DNA of 64,000 bases from Lama guanicoe (GCA_013239625.1 MU053216.1:2446943-2510942), one strand, 5' to 3'. Numbered from the stretch's first letter, positions 38,619 to 51,570 are shown. Notes: a model not told the origin generated them from the letters alone. Made by a program: numbers and translations.

Positions 38619-40544
38619 TATATATATATATATAATGAATATAGAAGCCCTAACCGTCTATATTTGTAGATGGAAGCCATTAGGAGGGAATATACATAAA
38701 ATATTATATTAAAATAAATATAAATATACCTGTTTAATTCAATTCCATAAACATTTTAGTGCCTTTTAAAGACTTTGGGCAATCTGAAAGAATTATTAAG
38801 ACACCCTGCCTTACTAGAAGGTAGCTTACTGTGCAATTGGAGTGAGGGTGAGACGTTCCTGTAGACAACTAGCTATGACACAGAGCAGCATAAGTTAAAT
38901 GCAATGGCAATGGCCCAAAATACGTGCTTATGACAGAGCGGCGTGGGCGCAGTTAATTCCGGCTGGGGATGAACGGAGCCTTCCCCAGGGCTATCCCGGT
39001 TCGGTGGGTCCCCAGCAGAAGTCACCCGTGGCCGTGGGCTCTGTTTACCAATAAGATTCTGATTAGTTTCAGTGCTAGGGTGGCATGGGGTTCATGGGAC
39101 CTATCCTCTGGCCAAGGGGTAGAGGCTGTCTCTCCAATTTAGCAGTCAGAAATTATGGAATGACACCATCTCTAATAATTAACAGAAGATTTTGTAGGAA
39201 TAAATAAGAATGTGATTTTTCCAAACACCTACACGAAAGCAGAGCTTCTGATCATTGGAAGTTTCCAGGCTCTTCCTTTCAGCTGACTCAGACCACCACA
39301 CATATCTTAGAGGACTGCATGTGGGCCGTAATTGATTCTGTCAGGCAGTCATCTTTTTCATTCTCTTAATTTTGTAGAATATTTGGAGGTATAGAGTAGA
39401 AAATAATGTGTAAATCAAATACAGAGTCTTTATATGTGAAGTTTAAACACTTTGTGAAGTCATCTGTCTTCAGAATGAAAAAGCTATCAGAAGGAACACA
39501 CACACAGCGTAAGTCTGAAAATGCTCACGTGCAAGCTTGAGCTCCAGGAGATCACGACGCCAGCCTAGCTCAGGAGGACAGCAGCCCAGGCGAGAAGTGC
39601 TCCGCCTTCCAGAGTCAAGACAAGACGCAGCACCGCCATCGTTTTCAGTGTGGGCACCTTCCTGCCTTTCAGCTCATATTTTAAAGAGGATTTCTCTACA
39701 CTTTTAAAACAGAGTCTTAAATGTTTGAGCTTCTTTCCCATATGTTTGGACATTGCTTCAGACTGACTTCAAAGGGATTCTCTTGCTGGAAAATTGAGGC
39801 ACGAAAGCCTCAGAAGGAAAATTCCACAGTAGCACTTCAGAACGGAGGAGGGAGTGCGTCACACGTTCTTCAGGAAGGAAAATAATCTGTTTGCATGTTT
39901 TTATGAAATTAGAGAGTTTATACCACTTGGTACCATTAACCTCTGTCACTATTAAGCAATCCTTTGGTTTTTCCTGTTCTCTTTTCACTGCACGTGAACA
40001 CTCAGCCTCACTCACCAAGGGACCGTGATTCCAGCATGTGCTGTCTGCGGTGTTCGGCCCACGGGCATGACAAACACTGCTCCCAGAGGCTCTTCTCGCA
40101 TCACACGTGCATTTAAAGTCACACAGGGCACTGGAATTGTCTCTGATTTTTAGAAAGAATGATTCCTCTCAATTCATATCAACTTTCACCAAGAAAATTC
40201 ACATAACATTAGCCAATAGTGGGCTTCAAGTTGGAGAGACCTTTAAAAAAACTCACGAATATAAAAATGCTCTAATTTAGGTAAACTGAACAAACCAATA
40301 CCTTGAAATAAAGTTACACTGCATCACTTTTTTTTTAATGTAAGAATATTGCAAAGAAGTCTCTGGTTTCCAGATTCCCATTTCAGACACAAAACCACAG
40401 AGGCTCGTAGAAGTATGACATCACTGGGTGGAGTAGTTTGCGCCCCACACCGCAGGACGGCTGCCTTCCCAGCGCTGCTCAACAAGGGGAAGCACGCGGT
40501 CTTTGCTCTTGGTTCACCCTCTCAGGGCAAAGGGAAGCTGGGGA

Positions 40545-40665
40545 AGCGCAGGGTGGAGCTCAGTGGTGGAGCGCATGCCTAGCAGGCACGAGGCCCTGGT
40601 TCCATCTCCAGTGCCTCCATTAAAAATGAATAAACCTCATTACCTCCCCCACCCCAAACAGAAGT
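40545..40665 (+). mobile_element. tRNA-Ala-derived SINE (Vic-1-like)
   Basis: 'agggtggagctcagtggtggagcgcatgcctagcaggcacgaggccctggttccatctccagtgcctccattaaaaatgaataaacctcattacctcccc'. Confidence 0.88.
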
Positions 40666-41084
40666 AAAGTGGGAAAGATAGAAAAAGGAAAGCGGGGACA
40701 CAGTCTGTCCCGTGCGGGTGCCTGTGAATCTGAGAGGTGGACGTGCAGAAGCCAGTTGACGTACAAGCTGGTGGTTAGGCCATGGCCATGTCATCAGTGC
40801 AAAGAAAAGTTTGATTCTGAAACTTAAGCTGAACAAAGATAGTCTTACAAACGTCATTTTCACCTGAAGAATACTTATTTTATCACATCAAAATGCTTTC
40901 TTTTCACTATTAATTCTAAAAGAGCGCTGAAGATAAGGCCCTTTGGATACTTGGTTTTTAATATCATATTTAAAATATCATAAGTTGCACAAAACTTTTA
41001 GCTTGAACAATTAAATTCATTTTGCTCTGTAGTATTTAAATTTAAATAATAAAGATATTCAGCTATCATCTCTTGTTTTTTAAA

Positions 41085-42175
41085 ACAGTTCAGTGATTTT
41101 TAGTACATTCCCAGAGTTGTGCAACCATCATCACAACCCAATTTTAGAATACTTCCATCATCCCCCCAAGAAACCCTGCACCAGTTAACAGTTGCTCCCA
41201 TTCCTGAAACCCCACTGTTTCCGGACTTGAGAGACCACTGATCTACTGTGTGTCTGTGTGGATCTGCCCGTTCTGGACACTTCACTTAGATGGAGTCACA
41301 CAGTATGCAGTGTCTTGTGATTGGCTTCTTTCCCTCAGCGTGGTGCTTTCAAGCTTCGTTCATGTTACAGCGCGTGTTAGTTCTTCATTCCTCTTCCTGT
41401 TCGTGGCCTAATGACCTGCAGTCGTATGAAAGCACCACGGCATATATCCATTCATCAGCTGTAGACATTTGGGTGGTTTCCACCTTTCGACTTTCATGAG
41501 TCATCTTGATATGAAGTGTCACGTCTGTGTACGTTTTGTGTGGACACACTTTTAATTCCTCATAGATACATGCTCATGACGGGACTTGCTGGGTCACACA
41601 GCAACTCAAGAGCTAACATTCTGAAGAGATGCAAGGCTTCCCCACATCGCTGCACCAAGTCACACTCCCACCACCAACGTGCGAGGGCTCCGATTTCTCC
41701 ACATCCTTGTCGGCACTGGTGCTGTCTGTCTGGTGCTAGTCACCTGGCTGTGTGTGATGTGGTATCTTACCGAGACTTCAGTTTGCATTTCGTTAATGGC
41801 TAATGATATTGAACAAGTTTTTATGTGCTTATTGTCCATTTGTGCATTTTCTTTGGAGAAATATGTATTCAAATGCTTTGCATATCGTTGGGTTTTTTTT
41901 TAAATTATTGTGTTGTAAGATTTCTCTATATGGTCTAAATACAAGTTCCTTATCAAATATGTGATTTGAAAATATTTTCTTGCATTCTGTGGATTGCTTT
42001 CTCGCTTTCTTGACGGTATAGTTTGCAGACGAATTTTTTTAAACAAATTTTGATGAAGCTCAATTTATCTACTCTTTTCTTTTATCACTTGTGTTTCTGG
42101 TGTCATGGCTAAGAAACCATTGCTTAACCCAAGGTCATGAAAGTTGACTCCTATGCTTTCCTCTGAGAGTTGTAA
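41085..42175 (-). mobile_element. LINE-1 3' end (L1MB-type)
   Basis: 'ttcagtgatttttagtacattcccagagttgtgcaaccatcatcac...'; ORF 41660-41872 (FSKENAQMDNKHIKTCSISLAINEMQ...RYH) resembles the L1 ORF2 C-terminus. Confidence 0.9.
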
Positions 42176-42469
42176 TCTATGCATTTTACTTTAAAATCAA
42201 GATAAAAGAAAGATGGATTTCTTAGGAAGGAAAGGAAGAGACAGATACTAAAAGCAAAGACAAGAAAGAGGAAACGGAAGGAAAGTCAAACATCATAGGC
42301 CTTTTGAATGTGGGAAATTTGTGCCTGCGGCACTGTTGAAGCTATTTAACTGATGGGAATTTCCATAGAACAACAATTAACTCGCTTTTAAAGGCTCAGG
42401 GGACCTCGGAGGAGAGGAAGTGTGCCTGGAATGCATTTTCTCCCTGCTCCTTTGGCCAGCCCCGTGACT

Positions 42470-42625
42470 GGGGAGGCCCGGTGCGGTGGTGCGGGCTGGT
42501 GGGGCCAGGCCAGGCGGGCGGGGTGGGGCGGGGCGGGAGGAGGAGGTGTGGAAAAAAAAGCGGGGCCTCGGGCGGGGCTGGGGCGGGGCCGGGGGCGGGC
42601 GCAGCGGCCCGGCTTCCCCCGGCTT
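42470..42625. promoter_or_regulatory. G-rich CpG patch with six GGGCGG (Sp/KLF GC-box) motifs; G-quadruplex-forming potential
   Basis: Six GGGCGG between 42511 and 42600 and many G3-G5 runs; function inferred only. Confidence 0.45.
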
Positions 42626-42640
42626 GAGGCTCTTCCTCTT

Positions 42641-43045
42641 ACATTAGTTTCTTAGAGCCGCCACTTCAAATTCCACAAACGGGGTCCTTAGAACAACAGG
42701 CAGCTATTCTCTCCCAGTTCTGGAGGCGAGAAGTCCAAACTCGAGGTGTCGGCAGGACCGGTTCCTTCCGGAGACTCAGGGCCTCTCTCCCAGCTTCCGG
42801 AGGCTGCTGCCTTCCTTGACGTTCCTTGCCTCGAGGGTCCATTGCTCTGATCTCCACCTCTGTCTTCACACCGCACCTTCCCTCTGTCTGTCCATGTCTG
42901 TGTCCAAATTTTCTTCTTACAGGGGCGCGACCTAATCCAGCATGACCTCATCTTAACTTGATTCCATGTGCAAAGAATCCTTTTCTAAATAAGGCCAAAT
43001 GCATGGGTTCCAGCTGGACGTGAAATTTGCAGGAGGGGTATCTGA
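42641..43045 (-). mobile_element. MaLR LTR (MLT1B/C-like)
   Basis: 'attagtttcttagagccgcc...ttctctcccagttctggaggcgagaagtccaaactcgaggtgtcggcagg...atgacctcatcttaacttgatt'. Confidence 0.85.
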
Positions 43046-43954
43046 GCCAGTGCCTCGCTTCGATGTGTCTTTCGGGGCTTGGGCTCCAGCCCCGGCACCG
43101 TGAGATACGACAGGCAGCTACCCGGCAAGAGAACGACGCTGAGGCGTCTCATAAGGACGAAACTCAGCGTACACCGAAGCCGCGTGGAAGTCACCGGAAG
43201 GTCACGGTCACTGCCCGCGGTGCGGAGGGAGCTGGGCGGTGGCTTGCTGTGCTGCCGAAGCACTCCGCGCGCACACTCCGCGTTTCTGTTCCCAGGGCTG
43301 GCTTTCCCTCTGAATGATTTAGAAGCGTCTGGCTTCACACCCTCTCTGAACAGAGCTACTGTGCGTTTTTCAGATGCTACAGTGACCTACTTTAGATGAT
43401 CAGAACTTGAGGTGTGAAAAAAAGAGTCAGATCAGTTTGGGTAGCTAAGACGAGGAAGGGGAGGTGGAGAAGATCTGCTCCTTGCACTGTCGTGCTGACG
43501 GGCTGTGGGACGATCCCAGAACCATGTTTGTAGAGTCCGCAGACATGCTTAACAGTCACGAGCAGGCGACCATAGATGCTGACCACGGAGAAAGATTCTG
43601 TCATACTCATGTCATTTAGGAGTGCAGGTGCTGTTTGATACTTTGTAAGAATAATTAAAAAAAAAAAAAGGACGGTCTTCCTAGTCATATGGGTACAGTC
43701 ATACAGTAATCTAAAGTAGCACACGAGTTACCTTTGAGCGTAGTATTTGAACACAAACTTGATGTGTTCTTACTCCATGTCGACTCCATGTACTTTCATG
43801 ACCTGCCTTTGTATCGTTCAGTTCAGTTCTGTCTCCTGTTAGAGCTTTTATTGGTCATGATAGATGAAGCCATACCCGAAGTCACCACCTCAAAAATCTC
43901 AAGAGCATGAAACAAATTTTTCTTCTTATTCCTCCAAAGTGGCGAGTTGCTGGA

Positions 43955-44318
43955 TGTCAGTCCATCTGGGCTGCTAAAACGAAATGCTATACACTAGGTG
44001 GCTTACATGCAACTGAGATTTATTTCTTACAGTTCTGAAGGCTGAGAAGCCAAAGATCATGGTACCAGCAGATTGGGTGTCTCTTAAGAGCCAGCTCTTC
44101 CTTGGTGGCCAACTGCCTTCTCTCGTAACCTCGCAGGGCAGACGGGGCGAGGGTGCTCCCTTGGCCATCTTTTGTAAGGGCACTAACTCCATTTGTGAAG
44201 AGTCCACCCTCATGCCCCGGTCACCTCCATAAGGTCCCACCTCTTAATACTACCAGTTTGGGAGCTAAGATTTCAACATGTGAATTTCGGGAGGTCCCAA
44301 ACATTCCGACCGTTGTAC
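43955..44318 (-). mobile_element. MaLR LTR (MLT1A0-like)
   Basis: 'cagtccatctgggctgctaaaac...tttatttcttacagttctgaaggctgagaag...taagggcactaactccat...ttcaacatgtgaatttcgggagg'. Confidence 0.88.
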
Positions 44319-44349
44319 TGGGTATCCCCCTTCACCTGGCGGTGCAGGT

Positions 44350-44861
44350 TGTGGTAGGCAGACTTAAGGATGGTCTCCCACGATCTCTGCCTCTTTGTAT
44401 TTATCCCTTCTGCGTCTCTTTCAGTTATCTCCTGTCCTCGAGTGGGGATTGAACTTGCTGACTCACTTCAGTAACTACAACTCTGCAGAAGTGCAGAGTA
44501 TCACTTTCAAGATTAGGTTATAAAAGGCTGCAGCTTTCATCGCCCACTTTCTCTTGGAACACTTATCCCTGGGGGAAGCCAACCGCTACGTTATAAGTGA
44601 CCCCTAAGGAGAGGTACCCAGAGCAAGGGGCCAGAGCACGTCAGCAGGCCTGGGCGAGCTTGGAAGTCGGTCCTCCCGCACCGCCGCTGGGCCTTCAGGG
44701 CCGGCGGCAGACCCGGAGAGCAGCCTCACAGCAATCTCACAGGAGGCCTTGAACAAGAGTCTCCCAGCTAAGCTGGGCCTGGGTCCCCAGCCTGCAGAAA
44801 CTGTGAGGTGTGGATATCTGCTTGTGGGTAATTTGGTATGCAGCGATGGATAACTAATACA
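44350..44861 (+). mobile_element. MaLR LTR (MLT1F-like)
   Basis: Start 'tgtggtaggcagac'; 'aagattaggttataaaagg'; end 'ggtaatttggtatgcagcgatggataactaataca'. Confidence 0.85.
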
Positions 44862-46239
44862 TCTGGCAGCTTAGGGATCCAGGACTGCTCCATCTTGTGA
44901 ATTCAGAATTATCCTGGCTGTGGAAAAGACCTGTTGGCAGACCCACTCCTGGATTGACACATGTCACTTCCACCCACAGTTCATTGTCTGGAACAGGTCA
45001 TGTGAACCTCACCTAACCTCAAGGGAGGCCGGGAGAGATCAGGACAGTACTGTCTATCACATGGTCACTTGCTCCATCCCTTCAATCAGACAGTCAATCA
45101 ACAAACATTTAAAAAATTTCTACTATGTTGGGAAAAAAAGAAAAACCTTTCCACAACCTTGTCATTTCATTAAGTTAAAATCCTGTATTTTCCATTGCAG
45201 TGTTGCACCTTGTAAAAGAATATTCTGCACCTTCTACCTCTGCGTCCTCTCTCCCCACTCACTGCTCCATCCTCTTGTAATCTGACGCCAATCCCCGTGT
45301 CTACAGAATATATTTTTTTGAGGATTTCTAATAGTTTCTAAATTAAAAAAAAAAAAGGAAATCCATTGTGGAGCCCTCACACTTGATCTCTCTAGCTCTC
45401 TTGAAGGGTTTACACCTACCTGGGGAGGATTTATACTCTCTTTCAATTTCTGTGATATATTTTGTTATTTTTCTCAGTGATTGGAGGTGTGGTGACAGGA
45501 ACTGTTTTAAATGCAGTGTCACATCCTGTCCTCTGTTAATACAGTTTTATGTATCTGGCATAAATATAAACAGAGAAAGGGAAAAGTTACTTAATGTGTC
45601 TTTAACAAAATCCTGTGAGTCACTTCACTGCCCTGAACATCCCCCTGTCAGATACAAGGATGCCTTAGAGGAACAGTCGAACTATTATTCCCCACATGCT
45701 ACCCAAAACTATAAATAATAAAATAGGTTTCTCCATTTTTTCCTACTTTCCCATATTTTCCATTGATGTGAATGATGAACTGAGTTGACTTCATGTCCCT
45801 AGGAGGAACAAGAAGAAAGGATACATTGGTTTAAGAAAACTGTTTTTTAAAAACCTTATTATTTATCATGCAGATGTGTATTAAGTTTCCACAGACACAT
45901 TTTATGGTTTAACAAAAACGGAGCATTTCATGAGTATGGATCCTGTGTCGAACATGCTTGCTGAAGATCAGTTTGCAGAACGCAGTCCAGCGCGCCTGTC
46001 TGGGGAAAGGCCCCTGAAGGGATATCCTAGCTCGTCCTCCATCAGAGGAGCTCTGCTGTCATCTTTATGTTGTGCTTTCTTTCTCGCTTTTTCTAGTCTC
46101 TCCTGTTCCCCTTCATGGAGAGGCTCCCAGACGCTCTGCCTTGAGCCTCATCTTCCCCACCCTGGGTGACCGCACCTGCTCCCAGAGCTTCACGTGACCT
46201 GCTCTCAGTCATAAATGCCAAGCGCGGATGGCTGATTTT

Positions 46240-46697
46240 CTTTTTTTTAATGAAGTCTATTCAGTTTACACTGCTGTGTCAGTTTCTGGTGTACAGCACA
46301 GTGCTTGCTGACTGTCCCCGAGCACACATGCATTCCTTTCCATACACTTTTCCATTATAGGTCACTGTAAGATATTGAGTATATTTCCCTGTGCTCTACA
46401 GTATAAACTTGTTTATCTATTTTATATATAGTAGTTAGTATTTACAAATCTTGAACTCCCAATTTGTCCCTTCCCACCCCCTTTCCCCTTTGGTAACCAT
46501 AAGTTTGTTTTCTTTGTGAGTCTGTTTCTGTTTTGTAAATAAGTTCATTTGTCTTTTTTCAGATTCCACATGTAAGTGATATTTGTCTTCCTCAATCTGA
46601 TTTACTTCACTTAGTATGATAATCTCTAGGTCAATCCATGTGTCTGCAAATGGCAACAGTTTATTCTTTTTATGGCTGAGTAGTATTCCATCATGTG

Positions 46698-46731
<34 letters not shown>

Positions 46732-46832
46732 TCAATCTCACATCTTCTTTATCTAGTCATCTGTCGATGGACATTTAGGTTGTTTCCATGTCTTGGCTGT
46801 TGTATATAGTGCTGCTGTGAACATTGGGGTCC
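46240..46832 (-). mobile_element. Artiodactyl-type LINE-1 3' end with internal (TG)n at 46701-46730
   Basis: ORF 46435-46656 MPFADTWIDLEIIILSEVNQIEEDKYH matches the L1 ORF2 terminus; 3' UTR resembles the 35.1 kb copy. Confidence 0.92.
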
Positions 46833-47511
46833 CTTTGGACAACTAGTCTTGACCTCACTCCCAAACTGGGAGCCTGATTCCCAAGCCTGCTGGCTGCCCC
46901 TCAGAGGCCTCCTACCCCACACTTCCCAACAGAACCCACATCTGCTCGTGCTCCTAGTCTCGCGTTTCTGCTGACGACCTGGTCCTTCTGCAGGCAGCTC
47001 CGTGGGTGAGAAGCCGAATCCCTGGAGTGCCCCCCACCCCACGTCTGCAGCGGCCTGGTCCTGCGAGTGTTCCCTCTGATCGTTTCTCCGCCAGGTCCTT
47101 AGTTTACCTTCTAGTATATTGCCTCGAGAGAGAAGACATTCAATGAATACTCACTTAATCTGAGTCTTTTTTCTTATTTGCCTTTGTCTGGTCCACGGTC
47201 CATACTGAACACAGTTTTAATCTTTGTGTTCCTGATTCATACATATTTTTCTAGAGAAAATATTATGATCTGGTTGGAAGCATCCTCCAGGAATGTTCTA
47301 CACGAGTAAGAGAGAGAGGGAGGTAGAGAGACAGAGAGATCCTGCCCGTCTCCCCGAGCGGAATGACGTGTGAAGAAAACCCAGATGCGTCGGTCGCCCC
47401 AGCGAGGGAGGCTGGGGGGCGGACCAAAGCAGGAGCATGGCACTGCGGCCAGAGGCAGGGCGGGCCGGGCCGCGCGGGCACCGAGCGGGGGCCACGCCGC
47501 GTCTTGGGGCT

Positions 47512-49405
47512 TCACGTCGTCTTCGGCCTCGACGCATCCTCTGCTGATGAAGCCTTTCCCACCTGTTCTTAGACGGCTGGCTGAGTAGGAGGGGCAGCTG
47601 GGCCCTCCTGAGGGTCTTTGCTTTCCTCAACTACGCACGCCGAGGACTTAGGAGTGCCCTAAACACTAAATGTTCTTAAGTAGCTGTCGAATGAATGAAT
47701 TGGTTAAGATAAAGGATACCCACTGAGCGTCATTTTCAAGGAATGCAATCTTAGTCAGTTAATTTGAAGCAGCCCATGCAGAGAGGCAACTCTCTTTCTC
47801 TTTGGTGCCATCTGGACTCTCCGATGTGCCTGGAGCGACTAAGGACTGTCCTGTGGTTGGTCTCTGCCTCTGTGCATACGTGTCTTCTGGTGGCCTTGGC
47901 GAATTAGGACGCAAGTCTGGGTTGCTTGGTTACTTGACTAAAAGGCACCCTAACCTCCCTGCTTCCACGTCCCCCAAGGGAGTTGGTTTCCTCCCCGTGT
48001 GTCTTTGCTCTTACTCTTCCTTCTTGGGGTGTCCTTCCCTGAAAACACCTTTTCCATCACTTCTAGTTGTCAGCCAGATGCCCTTGGATCTTTCTTTTAC
48101 TGCAGCTGGAAGAGCCTCCTCCCCTCCCTGGATTCCTCAGGCCTTCACTGCAGAGGACACATTCTGACTTGTGTGATTCTTACTGCTCTACGTGTCTTTT
48201 CCTTCCCAAATAGCTTGTTGGTTTAATTGTCTTTGTTCTCCCCACAGTGCTTTGCATAAAGCCCGGCATGTAACAGGGGTTTTAAAATGTTTATTGAATG
48301 CATGAATTCAGATTAGAGAATATAGGATTTTGTAATTTGTTTCTGTTAGAGACTCTGTAGAATTAGATAACATAAATTTTATGTCTCTGAAAAGCTATTC
48401 CACCCCAGATTCTTGTCTCTATATTCTATTTATGGGCAACTCCTTCAGGGCTAACACTTAACTGTATACACCTTAGTAGAGTCTGAAATGACTCCATGTT
48501 TATAATGTTTCCTCCTTCAGTTATAAGCTGTGAAGGGCAGGGGCTTTTTAAATATTTGGTATAGTCTTCTTGGCACTTAGAACAATATTGGGCCCATTAG
48601 AGTGGCTGTTGCATACACATAGATTAGTTGGTTGAGCATTTTATTTAAGACTCTCAGCAAGTTGATATTGCCGTAATATTGATATTATAATACATACTAT
48701 AAATATTGAACATATTTTAAATTAGACTATGTAGAGATTTAACACTCTGTAAATAATACTGTGACATTTATTTACCCAAACCTGCATGTTCACTTTAAGT
48801 TTGATCTCCTTGGAACCAAGATAGCTAAGCAAAAAATGAAGTCTTCACTTCTTCAGAATAACATTTACAAAGTATTAAGTGGTTACATTAATTCACCTTT
48901 CACTACTGAAGGCATAGCTATTAAAGAGCATGACGTATTTATTCTAAGAATTTCTGAATAGCTGGCTTTTATTTAAGCAGCACAAAATTAGATACCTTAA
49001 GATAAGTACAAAAAAAGTTTTTAATTCAGAATTTTATGCTAAGTATAATAATGCATTAAACAAAGCCAATGTAATCTCTTGTTTTTAAAAAATTTGTACA
49101 TTTTCAACAAAAGGTACCAGATGATATCAGCTACCCCTTCACATTGTATTCTTGATGAAACAATATTATACTTGTTTTCTTGTTTCCTAAGGTATAGGAA
49201 AAAATAATTTAGAAAAAATTCTAGAGAAAAAGCATTCTTAGATGTCACAATAGTCCATTTGTAAATGAATTAAGTTTCAGCTTGAGAGAAGCATAAAGTC
49301 ACTTAACTAATACACACATATATGAGTATTGACTGTTTCTTCAAGGATGGGCAGCTCGGTTGGTTATAGACATTCTGGCCATAAACAGATACCTAGAAGT
49401 AGGAA

Positions 49406-49449
<44 letters not shown>

Positions 49450-50971
49450 AGTCTTTCATCTTTCATGAGAGAGAAGGAGAGAAATAGTAGGACTAAAACA
49501 GTTAAAACTTAGCATTTGTTACCTGAAACTTCAGCCTCATTCCGCTGGAGATTATTTTGTAGTGACACCTTGGTGTTAGCACGTGCATGACTGACAATCT
49601 GGCACCCAGGCTCGAATGCAGAGATTCTGCAGAGGAGAGAGTATGAGCCAAGAACTGGGAACATCAGTTTCCTCCGCTGCCGTGTGCTGGGGAAGAAGAT
49701 GTCAGTGGATGGAAAGTACTTAGTACTTGACGTACAGCCAGAGTTCAGGAAGTCTTAGCCATTATTTCTGTGGGCAGTATGTCCCCTTTCAGTCTTTCAG
49801 TCTCCAGTCCTGTAAATGGATTTAGATTTCCACTTTGCTGTCTGTCGAGTGTATGCAACAGCTCCTTACACACCGTCGCACACTAGCATTCCATGAAAGC
49901 TCAGTGAGATTTTCAGGAAGTCATAACTGTATTCATGTTCGTTTTGTTTTGCTTTTGACTGGATATTTTGTAATTCTCTCAGGCCACACAGCTGGAGAGT
50001 GGCAGATGGACCACTAAAGTCTTGATCTTTCTGATTTGTCATTCATTGCTTTTTCCCCTCTATGATATGTTACTTTTGAAGACTGATTGTCTACGTCATT
50101 AAGTTTAAACTCATATTTATTCTGGAGAACTTACTGTAAATTAATATGTGATCATTAGGCATCCTTATTTAAATGATGAAAGCATAGTTGAATTGTTTCT
50201 GAATTCACTAGTCTTGGAATAATACTAATGTAATATTTATTCACATAAAAAAGAAGAAAATAAAGAACATTCTAGCTGTCATGTCATTAACTTGCAATTT
50301 AATTTGTAGCAAATCATTTCAGCTTTCATCTGACCTAGATAAAAATTGAAAACAGGGTTATTTTATTTGCTATTTACCTCACTGGCTTAAAGTAATATTC
50401 TACAAGTTAATATTTTAGATTTTCACATAAACTTTTGGGGAGAATAAAAGTGTTTTTCTGAAACTTTTTATATATGGAGTACTATGTTAATTATTTTGCA
50501 AGAAATTTACCCCATTTTTGGACATATTGTTTTGGCAGAAGTCATGAAACTAAAAGAACAGCGAAACCACTGACAGAAATTAATGCAATCGTTCAATGTG
50601 GTCATGTTAGCAAGATTCAGATAAAGGTTTTATCCATTTGGATTCCATGTATTTTTATTTCCAAAATACCACTAATATTTCAGTCTTTTGATCTCTGTTT
50701 CTCAGGCTGTGATAATTAGTTAGGGGCTGAGATGAGAGCGGGTAGGGAGGATGAGGGCAAATGACGGAAAAGGAGTTCATGTTAGCATTTGAGCATCCAG
50801 CCCCGCGTTTGTATGTGAGCTGGGCTTTCAGACTTATTTATACTAGGAAGCGAGTGTTACAACACCAGAGTCCGTGTCACTAGGCAATTCTTAAAATAGG
50901 AATTGTGCAAAAGAAATATACCCGAAGGGCAAAAAGTATTTCTCTTTTGTTCCAGAAGGCCATAGCTCCAT
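47512..50971 (-). CDS. Speculative spliced 90-aa ORF; exons 50971-50922, 50549-50511, 49186-49118, 48917-48897, 48824-48782, 47562-47512
   Basis: Hand-assembled from GT-AG sites; phases 2,2,2,2,0 join without stops into MELWPSGTKEKYFLPFGFMTSAKTICPKMGKQENKYNIVSSRIQCEGVADIICYAFSSESYLGSKEIKLKVNMQVGKASSAEDASRPKTT*. No recognised homologue; last acceptor weak. Confidence 0.2.
49406..49449. repeat. (TATC)n tetranucleotide microsatellite
   Basis: Directly visible, about 11 units. Confidence 0.97.
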
Positions 50972-51434
50972 TGGGGAATTTACTGAAGTCTTCAGACACT
51001 AATATTTTTATTTGAATTTCCTGGAACCACAAATATAAGTTTTCGAAAGCTTTGGACTCCATTTAGGGGAACATGAAACTTTTAAACATCAGAATTGTTT
51101 TTGCTCTCCTACTGTCTTTTAAAAAACATTACTAAAAAAATTTGCTTTAAAGCAAATGTTCAGAGGAATGACAGCAACGGAGGAAAAAATAAAAATATAA
51201 TAGTTCGTTTGGTTTACTAGCCTTCACCTAAAAGAAGCCATGTTTAATTCAGTGGTCAACTCTAAGAGATCCCAGAAGATTTTAAGTAATCATCAGTCCT
51301 TTGTTGTTTCACATTGATTCATCCGGCTAAGAAATGGGTATGTGGGAACAACCTCTATTTACTACTCTTTTAACCTAGAACAATAGAGAAAATGCCTCAG
51401 CTGGGCAAGAAACAGACCTCTCTTGTGTAGGAGG

Positions 51435-51570
51435 CTCTCAGTTTCCGGAAGAGGGCGGGAAACTCATTCAGAGTGAAGCGCGTGTGAGCCGCGGCTTCGC
51501 ACCTGCGCACAGGTGTGGCGTTGGCTGCCGAGCGGAGCTGGAGGGGTGTCTCCCGAGAGTGTCGCCCCTG
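51435..51570. promoter_or_regulatory. Small CpG-rich promoter/enhancer-like patch
   Basis: TTCCGGAAG (ETS-like), GGCGGGAAA (E2F consensus, 51454-51462), inverted E-box pair CACCTG-cgca-CAGGTG (51500-51515) within AT-rich surroundings. Confidence 0.4.

Noticed and set aside
48820..51015. Alternative plus-strand exon chain (...YQMISATPSHCILDETILYLFSCFLR-SHETKRTAKPLTEINAIVQCGHVSKIQIK-KAIAPLGNLLKSSDTNIFI*)
   Set aside because: Weaker splice sites, the first junction is out of phase and needs a GC donor, and there is no homologue. It does show such chains can arise by chance, which lowers confidence in the minus-strand model.
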